From assembly GCA_030633885.1 (NCBI GenBank), contig DAOWBV010000001.1, forward strand, positions 1-54,168: a DNA stretch of 54,168 bases, in the 5' to 3' direction. Source of the stretch: Planctomycetota bacterium (GTDB taxonomy: Bacteria > Planctomycetota > MHYJ01 > JACQXL01 > CAKKQI01). The translations under genes and the position numbers were made by a program. Each line of letters starts with the position of its first letter. The stretch's first letter is position 1. Shown one piece after another: positions 19,541 to 26,700 of this stretch. The notes under the pieces were generated by a model. It saw only the letters and a program-made list of their open reading frames with translations. It was not told where the DNA came from and ran no database searches.

Positions 19541-20323
19541 ATGAAGAATTCAGCGGGGTTCGTTCCGAATAAACCAAAAGAAGTATTAGTCCACGGTCCC
19601 TTCCCGCCTCTTTGGAGCGAGGCTCGCCCAACAAAGTTGGGCGGCGGGTTCACCCCGTTAGAAATCACTGAAATTTCCAATACAAGTAATGCAATAAACA
19701 TGCAAAACAAACAAATCCGTGACAGAAAGTATGCTATGCAACGGTCGTCACGACCGGACGACCTACCCCGACATAACGGTCGGGGCGGGTCTCTAACGGG
19801 GTTCGCTGAACGCGGTCCCTTCGGGTTCACCATTTTAGAATTATTGGTCATCATAACCGTTATTCTGGTTCTGACCACGATTACCGTCGTCGCTTTGGGC
19901 TCCCTGGGTGAAAAAGGTAATGTCACAGCAACTGAAGGATTAATCAAAAGCATCGAAATTGCCCTGACCAATTACAAAGAGGTTTTTCCGGAATACCCGC
20001 CCAGCGACCAGAGAACCTGGAAAGGATCTCAAAATCTTTATCACTACCTGACCAAAAAACTTGAGTATCACATGTTTTTCGATCCGGTCCTGGGAACTTC
20101 GGAGAAAAAAGAATTCCACGCCGGATTACGTTTTAAAAAACAGTATTTGGATCATGAAAAATACGTAATTGATCCCTGGGGTAACCGGCTAACTTACAAA
20201 AATCCCGGAACAAACCACCGGTCAAGCGGTGGCAAAAACAATAGTTCTTACGTGGATATTGAATCCAATGGTCCAAGCGCTGCGCCGGACGATAATATCA
20301 ACAACTGGTCTTTAAATAAGTGA
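19541..20323 (+). CDS. pseudopilin (G-like) with a 95-residue composite leader
   Basis: MKNSAGF, then 89 inserted residues, then GFTILELLVIITVILVLTTITVVALG. GGGTTC occurs four times in frame (19556, 19646, 19799, 19823). Only the last is followed by the hydrophobic helix with Glu at +5. Confidence 0.8.
   Translation: MKNSAGFVPNKPKEVLVHGPFPPLWSEARPTKLGGGFTPLEITEISNTSNAINMQNKQIRDRKYAMQRSSRPDDLPRHNGRGGSLTGFAERGPFGFTILELLVIITVILVLTTITVVALGSLGEKGNVTATEGLIKSIEIALTNYKEVFPEYPPSDQRTWKGSQNLYHYLTKKLEYHMFFDPVLGTSEKKEFHAGLRFKKQYLDHEKYVIDPWGNRLTYKNPGTNHRSSGGKNNSSYVDIESNGPSAAPDDNINNWSLNK
19556..19828 (+). repeat. tandem in-frame insertions between four GGGTTC repeats in the pseudopilin 2 leader
   Basis: Three units of 90 nt (19556-19645, carrying the GC palindrome and the hairpin GCCCAAC-aaa-GTTGGGC), 153 nt (carrying the TIR element) and 24 nt (19799-19822). 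The first and third units share GGGGTTCG...CGGTCCCTTC. Confidence 0.75.
19653..19801 (+). mobile_element. MITE-like TIR element, long variant, inside the pseudopilin 2 leader
   Basis: CCCCGTTAGAAAT (19653-65) and GTCTCTAACGGGG (ending at 19801). Flanks are TTCA (19649-52) and TTCG (19802-05). It has two internal hairpins (GGTCGTC...GACGACC and CCCCGAC-ataac-GGTCGGGG) and in-frame ATGs at 19700 and 19736. Confidence 0.8.
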
Positions 20324-20438
20324 GTTGTCAGGATATTTCTCCGACAGCTCACTCTGAGTGATAACGAAGGATCAATAAGGTTTTTTAACTCTTTAAGTTT
20401 CAGGATGATCTTGTATTGAAATAAAAAAACCGGGTTCA

Positions 20439-20610
20439 CCTCGTTAGAGATCACTGAAACCTGCCCGATTGTCCTGTCAGGCGGGTTTCCATTAAAAGTA
20501 TTTTAAACATGCAAAATAAACAAATCCGTGCCAGAAAATATGCTATGCAACGGTCGTCCCGACCGGACGACCTATCCCGACATAACGGTCGGGGTGGGTC
20601 TTTAACGGGG
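20439..20610 (+). mobile_element. MITE-like TIR element, long variant, separating the vestigial leader from pseudopilin 3
   Basis: CCTCGTTAGAGAT (20439-51) and GTCTTTAACGGGG (ending at 20610), with direct TTCA at 20435-38 and 20611-14. Length plus duplication is 176 nt, which is out of frame. In the upstream frame it carries TAA at 20504-06, and ATGs at 20509 and 20545 in the pilin frame. Confidence 0.8.
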
Positions 20611-21159
20611 TTCACCCTGATCGAACTGATAGTGGTCATCAGTATTATTGTCCTCATGACCTCCATCTCTATGGTTTTTGTTTCCAAATTCATCAAAAGC
20701 GAAAATCTTAAACATGGCGGATTGATTCTCCGGACAACTTTTATGAAAGTCCGCCAGTTAGCCGCTACCCAACGGATCATGCACTTTCTGGTTTTCGAAC
20801 CGAATACCTCTTCAATGACTATATATAAAGACATTAATGAAAATCAAACCTGGGACAAGAATACCGATGAACAAGTCGATGAAACTATTGGATTACCAGA
20901 AGGGATCAGTTTTTTGAGCGGGCCTGATGGTCCGCCGCTTTTTAATTTACCTGAGCCGTACCTGTACCTGGGCTTCCGGACGGACGCCTCCCTGATGATG
21001 CCAACCGGTATTTCTGATCAGTCCTTGGTCCACCCGCCCAAAATCAAGGAAACGGATATTGTTCTGAAACAGAAAAACCAACCGAAAACAAAAATGTATA
21101 TTGACTTCGAACGCGGAACCGCTAAAATAAGAGTGCTGTTTTTATACACGGAAAAATAA
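20509..21159 (+). CDS. GspH/FimT-like minor pseudopilin initiating inside the element
   Basis: MQNKQIRARKYAMQRSSRPDDLSRHNGRGGSLTG|FTLIELIVVISIIVLMTSISMVF, followed by a GspH-like body. All residues before the Gly-Phe cleavage motif are encoded by the inserted element. Confidence 0.8.
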   Translation: MQNKQIRARKYAMQRSSRPDDLSRHNGRGGSLTGFTLIELIVVISIIVLMTSISMVFVSKFIKSENLKHGGLILRTTFMKVRQLAATQRIMHFLVFEPNTSSMTIYKDINENQTWDKNTDEQVDETIGLPEGISFLSGPDGPPLFNLPEPYLYLGFRTDASLMMPTGISDQSLVHPPKIKETDIVLKQKNQPKTKMYIDFERGTAKIRVLFLYTEK

Positions 21160-21161
21160 TT

Positions 21162-21854
21162 ATGGATCATCAAAAAGGGCTCACCCTTATCGAAATCCTG
21201 ATTGCCATGATCATTCTCTCCGTGGGACTGATCATGGTCCTGACCATTTTTCCCGTCGGTATCCGAAGCACCAAAGAATCCACCGAGGATACTTATGCCG
21301 CTTACCTGGCCGATTCGATCGTCCAAGCTCTGACCCAGGCCATGAGGACAGCCACGTCGGAAGACCGGACCGGAAATAAAGCCGGACAAGTCACCCTGAT
21401 CCACGACGGCCTGACCGGCGCTAATGATTCCTATATCTTTGAATTACCTTTACCGGTCGATCCGCCCCTGGCTCAACCCAGATATTTTCTCTATCCCGAC
21501 CCGAATAACAACATCAAGGGTCAGCAAATCATACCACCCATTGAAAGTTTTGACGAAATATTTCACCTGGCTAACAGTCCGGTAATTGGTGACATTTTAA
21601 AAGAGGTGCGGGCCGGACCGGATCCGACTGATCCCTACGCCCAGTATGGATTTGCTTTTGTGGTCCGGCGGGTGGACGATACGCGACCGGCGACGGAAAT
21701 AGATACCAAATACACGCCGAAACCTTTTTTTGAATTCCGGATCTATATCTTCCGGGTTCCGATTCAAAGCGGCGGTAGCGGTTATGTCTCAACCGGCCCA
21801 AAAAAAATACCGCCCCCGATAAATTTTTTTATCATTCAATTAGCGGGACGATAA
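21162..21854 (+). CDS. GspI/PilV-like minor pseudopilin (uninterrupted leader)
   Basis: MDHQKG|LTLIEILIAMIILSVGLIMVLTIFPVG. This is the only gene of the five with an intact short leader. Its cleavage-site codons are GGG CTC ACC, which lack the TTYA core. Confidence 0.85.
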   Translation: MDHQKGLTLIEILIAMIILSVGLIMVLTIFPVGIRSTKESTEDTYAAYLADSIVQALTQAMRTATSEDRTGNKAGQVTLIHDGLTGANDSYIFELPLPVDPPLAQPRYFLYPDPNNNIKGQQIIPPIESFDEIFHLANSPVIGDILKEVRAGPDPTDPYAQYGFAFVVRRVDDTRPATEIDTKYTPKPFFEFRIYIFRVPIQSGGSGYVSTGPKKIPPPINFFIIQLAGR

Positions 21855-21858
21855 AAAT

Positions 21859-21948
21859 ATGGCAAGAAATAATAACGGTTTTACCCCGTTAGAGATCACG
21901 AAAACCTGCCCGACTGTCCGGCAGGCAGGTCAGGCGGGTCTCCATTAA
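21859..21948 (+). other. mini-ORF containing the ancestral prepilin leader of pseudopilin 5
   Basis: The ATG at 21859 lies 4 nt after the stop of the preceding gene. It reads MARNNNGFT, then runs into the element (PLEITKTCPTVRQAGQAGLH) and stops at TAA 21946-48, 13 nt before the ATG at 21962. Confidence 0.55.
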
Positions 21949-22039
21949 AAGTATTTTAACCATGCAAATTAAACAAGTTTTTGTTAGAACACAATCAATG
22001 CGACGGTCGTCCCGAAAAGACGACCTATCTCTAGCGGGG
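21884..22039 (+). mobile_element. MITE-like TIR element separating the ancestral leader from pseudopilin 5
   Basis: CCCCGTTAGAGAT (21884-96) and ATCTCTAGCGGGG (22027-39), with direct TTTA at 21880-83 and 22040-43. Length plus duplication is 160 nt, which is out of frame. It holds a nested CCTGCC...GGCAGG palindrome and the hairpin GGTCGTCCC-gaaaa-GACGACC. Confidence 0.8.
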
Positions 22040-22732
22040 TTTACCTTGCTGGAATTAATGGTCGCCGTTGGTCTGATGGTCCTGATCATGAGCATCGTCG
22101 CGATGATATTTTCTCAGACTTCCCGGGTCTATACCAACAGCGTGGACCGAATGAATATTTACGCTTCCGCCCGGGCGGTCTGTGACAGGATCACCACTGA
22201 CCTGAACGGTGCTCTACCGAAAAATAACCCGCAACAATTATTTAAGATTAACAAAGGAACAACGGCTCAGGATAAAAAAGGCCGAAGTTATGATAAAGAT
22301 CAGATATCGTTTCGTACGACCACTTCGGTTTTTGGTTCGGTCCGGGTGGCGGAAGTTCGTTATTTCTTAATCCCGGAAGTTGACCTCTCAATTCTCTCTC
22401 AAGTAGCCCGGGGCGGCGCACCGGAAACAACCAAAACCAAAAGAAAACTTTACGCTCTCCGCCGAGTCGTCAATGACTTTAACGGCACCCTCACCCTGAT
22501 CGATGAAGCTAACTTATGTCATTACGTCCTGGCAATGAAGATCGAGTATTTGGATTCCGCCACCAAGCGGTATCAAGACCCCCCGCCGCTTGGTCTTTTA
22601 ATAGACAAGAATAGCCCGCCTGATAAAAAATTACCCGGGGCCATTAGGATATCTCTCCGAGTGGTGGCCGGAGCGGCCGAAAGGCAGGAACGATTGATCA
22701 GCAAAGTCATCTGTATCCCAATGGGACAATGA
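21962..22732 (+). CDS. GspJ/PilW-like minor pseudopilin initiating inside the element
   Basis: MQIKQVFVRTQSMRRSSRKDDLSLAG|FTLLELMVAVGLMVLIMSIVAMIFSQTSRVYTNSVDRMN..ARAV.DRITTDL, a GspJ/PilW-like N-terminus. A second in-frame ATG lies at 21998. Confidence 0.8.
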   Translation: MQIKQVFVRTQSMRRSSRKDDLSLAGFTLLELMVAVGLMVLIMSIVAMIFSQTSRVYTNSVDRMNIYASARAVCDRITTDLNGALPKNNPQQLFKINKGTTAQDKKGRSYDKDQISFRTTTSVFGSVRVAEVRYFLIPEVDLSILSQVARGGAPETTKTKRKLYALRRVVNDFNGTLTLIDEANLCHYVLAMKIEYLDSATKRYQDPPPLGLLIDKNSPPDKKLPGAIRISLRVVAGAAERQERLISKVICIPMGQ

Positions 22733-22740
22733 ATCCCGTT

Positions 22741-23358
22741 TTACTTCATTTTCTGACTGATCTTTTGAAAAATATTCTTCACCATCGTCGCACTTTTCTT
22801 TTCTATCGACGCTAATTCCTTTTTTATCCGGGTGGAAGATCTTTGGTCATTTAAATATCGCAGATTAGTCTCCACATTCATTTTGCAACCGGCCAGCGCG
22901 CTCTCGGTCAACCGAACACCAACCATCAGGTCCGGCAACGCGTTCCGGGGACTGATTTCCGCCAATTTACTCATCAGGAACAGGTTATTCGCGCAGATCT
23001 TGAAGGCCCGGTAAGGAATATCCATGGCTTGTTTCATGGCGTGCTGGATCCGCTGACTCTTTTTCTTTTTCTGACTCTTGGTCCGGCCTCGCAAGCGGTA
23101 GACAGTGCAAACATCATCATAAGCCCGGGAATCCAGTTCCGATAACAAAGCCAGCAGATCATAATTCTCTTTTAATTGTTTCTGGGCATCACTTAAAGAC
23201 GGTAACGGCCTTTTCCTCACCGCCAAGCTGAGCACCATCCGGGCCAGGGCCGCGCCGAGGGCACCGGCGTAAGCGGACACACTTCCCCCACCCGGGGTCG
23301 GCTTTGGTTCGGCTATCATCCCTAAATACTGTAAAAGCGAAATATTTTTGTATTGCAT
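22741..23358 (-). CDS. cyclodeaminase/cyclohydrolase family protein (FTCD C-terminal domain)
   Basis: 205-aa ORF. The N-terminal L..Y......KPTPGGGSVSAYAGALGAAL..MV is the hallmark of the formiminotransferase-cyclodeaminase C-domain family. Confidence 0.8.
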   Translation of the reverse strand: MQYKNISLLQYLGMIAEPKPTPGGGSVSAYAGALGAALARMVLSLAVRKRPLPSLSDAQKQLKENYDLLALLSELDSRAYDDVCTVYRLRGRTKSQKKKKSQRIQHAMKQAMDIPYRAFKICANNLFLMSKLAEISPRNALPDLMVGVRLTESALAGCKMNVETNLRYLNDQRSSTRIKKELASIEKKSATMVKNIFQKISQKMK

Positions 23359-23439
23359 CCTCTCTCCTTTCCTGAATTTCCCCCATTATAACATCATTTC
23401 CTGATTTGGCAAATGTTTATAAATTAATTAATTTAAACG

Positions 23440-23467
23440 TTGACAAAACTTTTTATTCTATTATAAT
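23440..23467 (+). promoter_or_regulatory. candidate sigma70-type promoter of rpsB-tsf-pyrH-frr
   Basis: TTGACA (23440-45), a 16-nt spacer and TATAAT (23462-67). Confidence 0.55.
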
Positions 23468-23608
23468 ACTTGGTCTTGTGACTATTAATATGTTGGTCAC
23501 GCCACTACCAGTGGTGTGATTTATCGTAGGCGGCCGCGGGCCTATAATTTATGGCATCGGAAAATGACATAAATTATCTGCTCATTAAAAAAGGAATCAA
23601 AAAACTAT
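23468..23608 (+). promoter_or_regulatory. structured 5' UTR of rpsB (possible S2 autoregulatory leader)
   Basis: A leader of about 135 nt with hairpins: GTGAC...GTCAC, CCACT-acc-AGTGG and a long ATAATTTATG-g-CAT cggaaa ATG-a-CATAAATTAT (23544-23577). The RBS AAGGAA follows. Assignment to a known leader family needs a covariance-model search. Confidence 0.3.
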
Positions 23609-24412
23609 ATGACTTTGATCTCTGTTAAGGATTTAGTGGAAGCCGGCACCCATTTCGGGCATAAAGTCAGCCGCTGGCATCCAGCGATGAAACCGTACAT
23701 TTTCGGCAAAAGAAACCTGATTCACATTATTGACCTCAAAGAAACCGTCAAAAGCTTGATGGTCGCCTATCATTTTTTACTGAAAACAGCTCAACGCGGA
23801 GGGGAAGTCCTCTTCGTCGGCACCAAAAGACAAGCCCAAAACATTGTTGAAACCGAAGCGGCCCGGTGCGGCATGCATTACGTGAAAGAACGCTGGCTGG
23901 GGGGCACTCTGACTAATTTCGATACCATCCGGCGCAGTTTGAATAAATTAGCCGATCTGGAAACCAAGCAAAGTGACGGTTCCATGGAATCGTACACCAA
24001 AAAAGAAAGATCGTCTTTCATGCGGGAAATAAAAAAACTGAAGAAAAACCTGTCCGGCATCCAGAAAATGTCCCGCTTACCGGCCGCCATGGTCGCGGTT
24101 GATTACCGCCGGAGCAAAATCGCCCTGGCCGAAGCTAAAAAAATAGGCATCCCCACCATCTGTATTATGGATACCGACGGCAATCCGACCGATGTGGATA
24201 TCCCCATCCCGGCCAATGATGACGCCATCCGGGTCATCCAGATAATGATCGGTTCCCTGGCCGAGGCTATCATCAAAGGCAAAAGTAAATTATCCATTGA
24301 TGTGCAGCCCAAAGAACCGACCACCGCTTCTCAAACCAAAGAAAAAACAAAAAAGACAACCGGGGTGGCCCGCAAAAAGACCCAAACTGCAAGTAAGAAA
24401 TCAAAGACGTAA
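23609..24412 (+). CDS. rpsB: 30S ribosomal protein S2
   Basis: 267-aa ORF with LVEAGTHFGH..SRWHP.M..YIFG.RN..HIIDL and the remaining S2 core. It has a Lys/Thr-rich C-terminal tail. Confidence 0.97.
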   Translation: MTLISVKDLVEAGTHFGHKVSRWHPAMKPYIFGKRNLIHIIDLKETVKSLMVAYHFLLKTAQRGGEVLFVGTKRQAQNIVETEAARCGMHYVKERWLGGTLTNFDTIRRSLNKLADLETKQSDGSMESYTKKERSSFMREIKKLKKNLSGIQKMSRLPAAMVAVDYRRSKIALAEAKKIGIPTICIMDTDGNPTDVDIPIPANDDAIRVIQIMIGSLAEAIIKGKSKLSIDVQPKEPTTASQTKEKTKKTTGVARKKTQTASKKSKT

Positions 24413-24500
24413 AACATAAGAACCGGACGCGGGCAAAAAAACATTCGGCTGACCGGCAATTCGGATAATTGTTACTTCCACCCAAAGAAAGGATCGAGTT

Positions 24501-25397
24501 ATGGCCATCGCAGCAGAAAAAATCAAAGAATTGCGTGATACCACCGGCATCAGTATCATGAAATGTAAAGACGCCCTGGCAGAAACCAACGGCGACCTGG
24601 CTAAAGCGGTCGAATACCTCCAACGCAAAGGATTAAAAGTCGCCGAAAAGAAAAAAGATAAAGCGACCAGCTCCGGCCGAATCACTTCTTTCATTCAACC
24701 TGACGGGAAAATCGGCGTTTTATTAGAATTAGGCTGCGAAACTGATTTCGCGGCCAAAAACGATGAGTTTACCACCCTGCTTAATGACCTGAGCCGTCAA
24801 GTGGCCACCGTCGGGCCAACCATCGATTCCCCGGAAAAACTTATCGATCAACCTTTGCTCAATGATAACAAAATCAAAGTCGGCGACCTGTTAAAAAATA
24901 AGATCGCGAAACTGGGCGAAAATATCGTGCTCAAAAGATTTACCCGCTTCGAACTGGGTTCAACCGGCCTGATCGGTTCTTATATTCATGGTAATGGCAA
25001 GGTCGGTGTTTTGCTCGAACTGGCGAGTGACAGCGAGCCCGTGGCCAAAAATGAAGAATTCGCCGTCCTGGCCAAGGATCTCTGCCTCCAGATCGCCGCC
25101 CTGAGCGCGAAGTTCGTCTCCCGCGAACATATTACACCGGAAAATATAGAGAAACAAAAAGAATTTTACCGTCATGAAATGGAAAAAGACAGCGGTAAAA
25201 AGAAACCACCCCAAATAATCGAAAAAATCATTAACGGTAAGCTGGAAAAACTATTCTTTGCCGAAAATTGCCTACTCGACCAGCCTTTTATTAAAGACGA
25301 TAAACTGAAAATTTCCGGCCTCCTGAAAAACAAGATTGCTCAACTGGGCGGCCAGATCACGGTCAAAAGATTTGTCCGCTTTGAACTGAACGGATAA
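24501..25397 (+). CDS. tsf: elongation factor Ts
   Basis: 298-aa ORF with an N-terminal UBA-like IKELRDTTGISIMKCKDALAETNGDLAKAVEYLQRKG followed by the duplicated EF-Ts core. Confidence 0.97.
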   Translation: MAIAAEKIKELRDTTGISIMKCKDALAETNGDLAKAVEYLQRKGLKVAEKKKDKATSSGRITSFIQPDGKIGVLLELGCETDFAAKNDEFTTLLNDLSRQVATVGPTIDSPEKLIDQPLLNDNKIKVGDLLKNKIAKLGENIVLKRFTRFELGSTGLIGSYIHGNGKVGVLLELASDSEPVAKNEEFAVLAKDLCLQIAALSAKFVSREHITPENIEKQKEFYRHEMEKDSGKKKPPQIIEKIINGKLEKLFFAENCLLDQPFIKDDKLKISGLLKNKIAQLGGQITVKRFVRFELNG

Positions 25398-25411
25398 AAT
25401 ACTGATCCTCA

Positions 25412-26125
25412 ATGAAAAAATCTAAATACCGACGGGTCGTTCTGAAAATCAGCGGTGAAGGTTTTTGCAAAACCGGCCAGAAGGGTATTGACGTCAAGGA
25501 AATGAATTTCCTCGCCCGGGAAATCTTCCAGATCGCCCAGACCGGTATCCAGCTGGCGGTCGTCGTCGGAGGAGGAAATATCGTCCGCGGCAGTCAGTTC
25601 GCCAAATTCGGAGTCAGCAACGCCACCGGCGACTATATGGGCATGATCGCCACCGTCATTAATGCCCTAGCCCTGCAGGATGTCCTGGAAAAAATGGGCA
25701 CCAAGACCCGCCTGCTAACCGCCATCCCCATGGAAGCAGTCGCTGAACCGTTCATTCGCCGACGGGCCGTCCGCCATCTGGAAAAAGGCCGAACCATCAT
25801 CCTGGCTGCCGGAACCGGCAACCCCCACTTTACAACCGATACCGCCGCCGCCCTGCGCGCCGCCGAGATCAACGCCGACGTCTTCCTCAAAGCCACCAAA
25901 GTCGAGGGCGTCTATAACGATGATCCGACCAAGAACCGGAAAGCAAAAATGTACCACCAGATGAAATACATGGATGTCCTGCAAGGATATCTGCGTGTCA
26001 TGGATTCCACCGCGATCACTTTATGCATGGAAAACAAAATACCCATCATCGTCTTTAATTTCAAAAAACGTAATCATATCCTGAACGTCATCCAGGGGAA
26101 AAAAGTTGGAACCATTATTTCATAA
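25412..26125 (+). CDS. pyrH: UMP kinase
   Basis: 237-aa ORF with YRRVVLKISGE, VVVGGGNI.RG and AAGTGNPHFTTDTAAALRA motifs. Confidence 0.97.
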   Translation: MKKSKYRRVVLKISGEGFCKTGQKGIDVKEMNFLAREIFQIAQTGIQLAVVVGGGNIVRGSQFAKFGVSNATGDYMGMIATVINALALQDVLEKMGTKTRLLTAIPMEAVAEPFIRRRAVRHLEKGRTIILAAGTGNPHFTTDTAAALRAAEINADVFLKATKVEGVYNDDPTKNRKAKMYHQMKYMDVLQGYLRVMDSTAITLCMENKIPIIVFNFKKRNHILNVIQGKKVGTIIS

Positions 26126-26139
26126 CACAGGAGACCTTT

Positions 26140-26700
26140 ATGCCTTTCAATGATATTTATCAAGGTTCCGAGCAGAAAATGAACAAAGCATTGGACGTGA
26201 TGAAAGACGAATTCAAACGGATCCGGACCGGGCGGGCCACGCCGGGTCTGGTAGAAAACATCAAGGTCGATTATTACGGCACCCCGACCATGCTCAAACA
26301 GCTGGCTACTATCTCCATCCCGGAACCCAAATTGCTCATTATCAAGCCCTTTGACGTTAACTCCACCGGCGATATCGAAAAAGCCATCTTGAAATCCGAG
26401 ATCGGTATCACTCCGAATAACGACGGTAAACTAATCCGACTGGTCGTTCCACCCTTAAGCGAAGAACGCCGCAAGCAACTGACTAAAGGAATCAAGGAAC
26501 TGGTTGAAAAAGCCAAAATCAGTATCCGTAACATCCGGCGCGACGCTATCAAGCAGGGTGAAGACGAAGAGGAAAAGAAAATATTATCCGAAGACGATAA
26601 GTTCCGGTTAAAAGAAAAAATGCAGGAATTAACGACCAAAAAAGAAAAAGAATCCGGAGAACTGTTGGCCAAAAAAACCAAAGAAATCATGGGGATCTAA
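26140..26700 (+). CDS. frr: ribosome recycling factor
   Basis: 186-aa ORF with RTGRATPGLVENIKVDYYGTPTMLKQLATISIPEP..L.I.PFD and IR.IRRDA motifs. Confidence 0.97.
   Translation: MPFNDIYQGSEQKMNKALDVMKDEFKRIRTGRATPGLVENIKVDYYGTPTMLKQLATISIPEPKLLIIKPFDVNSTGDIEKAILKSEIGITPNNDGKLIRLVVPPLSEERRKQLTKGIKELVEKAKISIRNIRRDAIKQGEDEEEKKILSEDDKFRLKEKMQELTTKKEKESGELLAKKTKEIMGI

Noticed and set aside
18946-22043. I considered whether the insertions in the pilin leaders are self-splicing introns or inteins.
   Set aside because: At 122-172 nt they are far too small for group I or II introns, and I recognise none of their conserved cores. Two of the four are not multiples of 3 and contain stops, so they cannot be inteins. 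The TIR plus 4-nt duplication signature points to DNA transposition. RNA-level excision cannot be excluded without transcript data.
19519-22095. Three minus-strand ORFs (19519-19971, 20451-20834, 21889-22095) share a conserved peptide (...DPPRPLCRxRSSGRDDRCIAYFLxRICLFCMF...).
   Set aside because: The shared peptide is the antisense translation of the repeated TIR element. The conservation reflects nucleotide identity of the repeat, and the ORFs otherwise run antisense to pilin genes.
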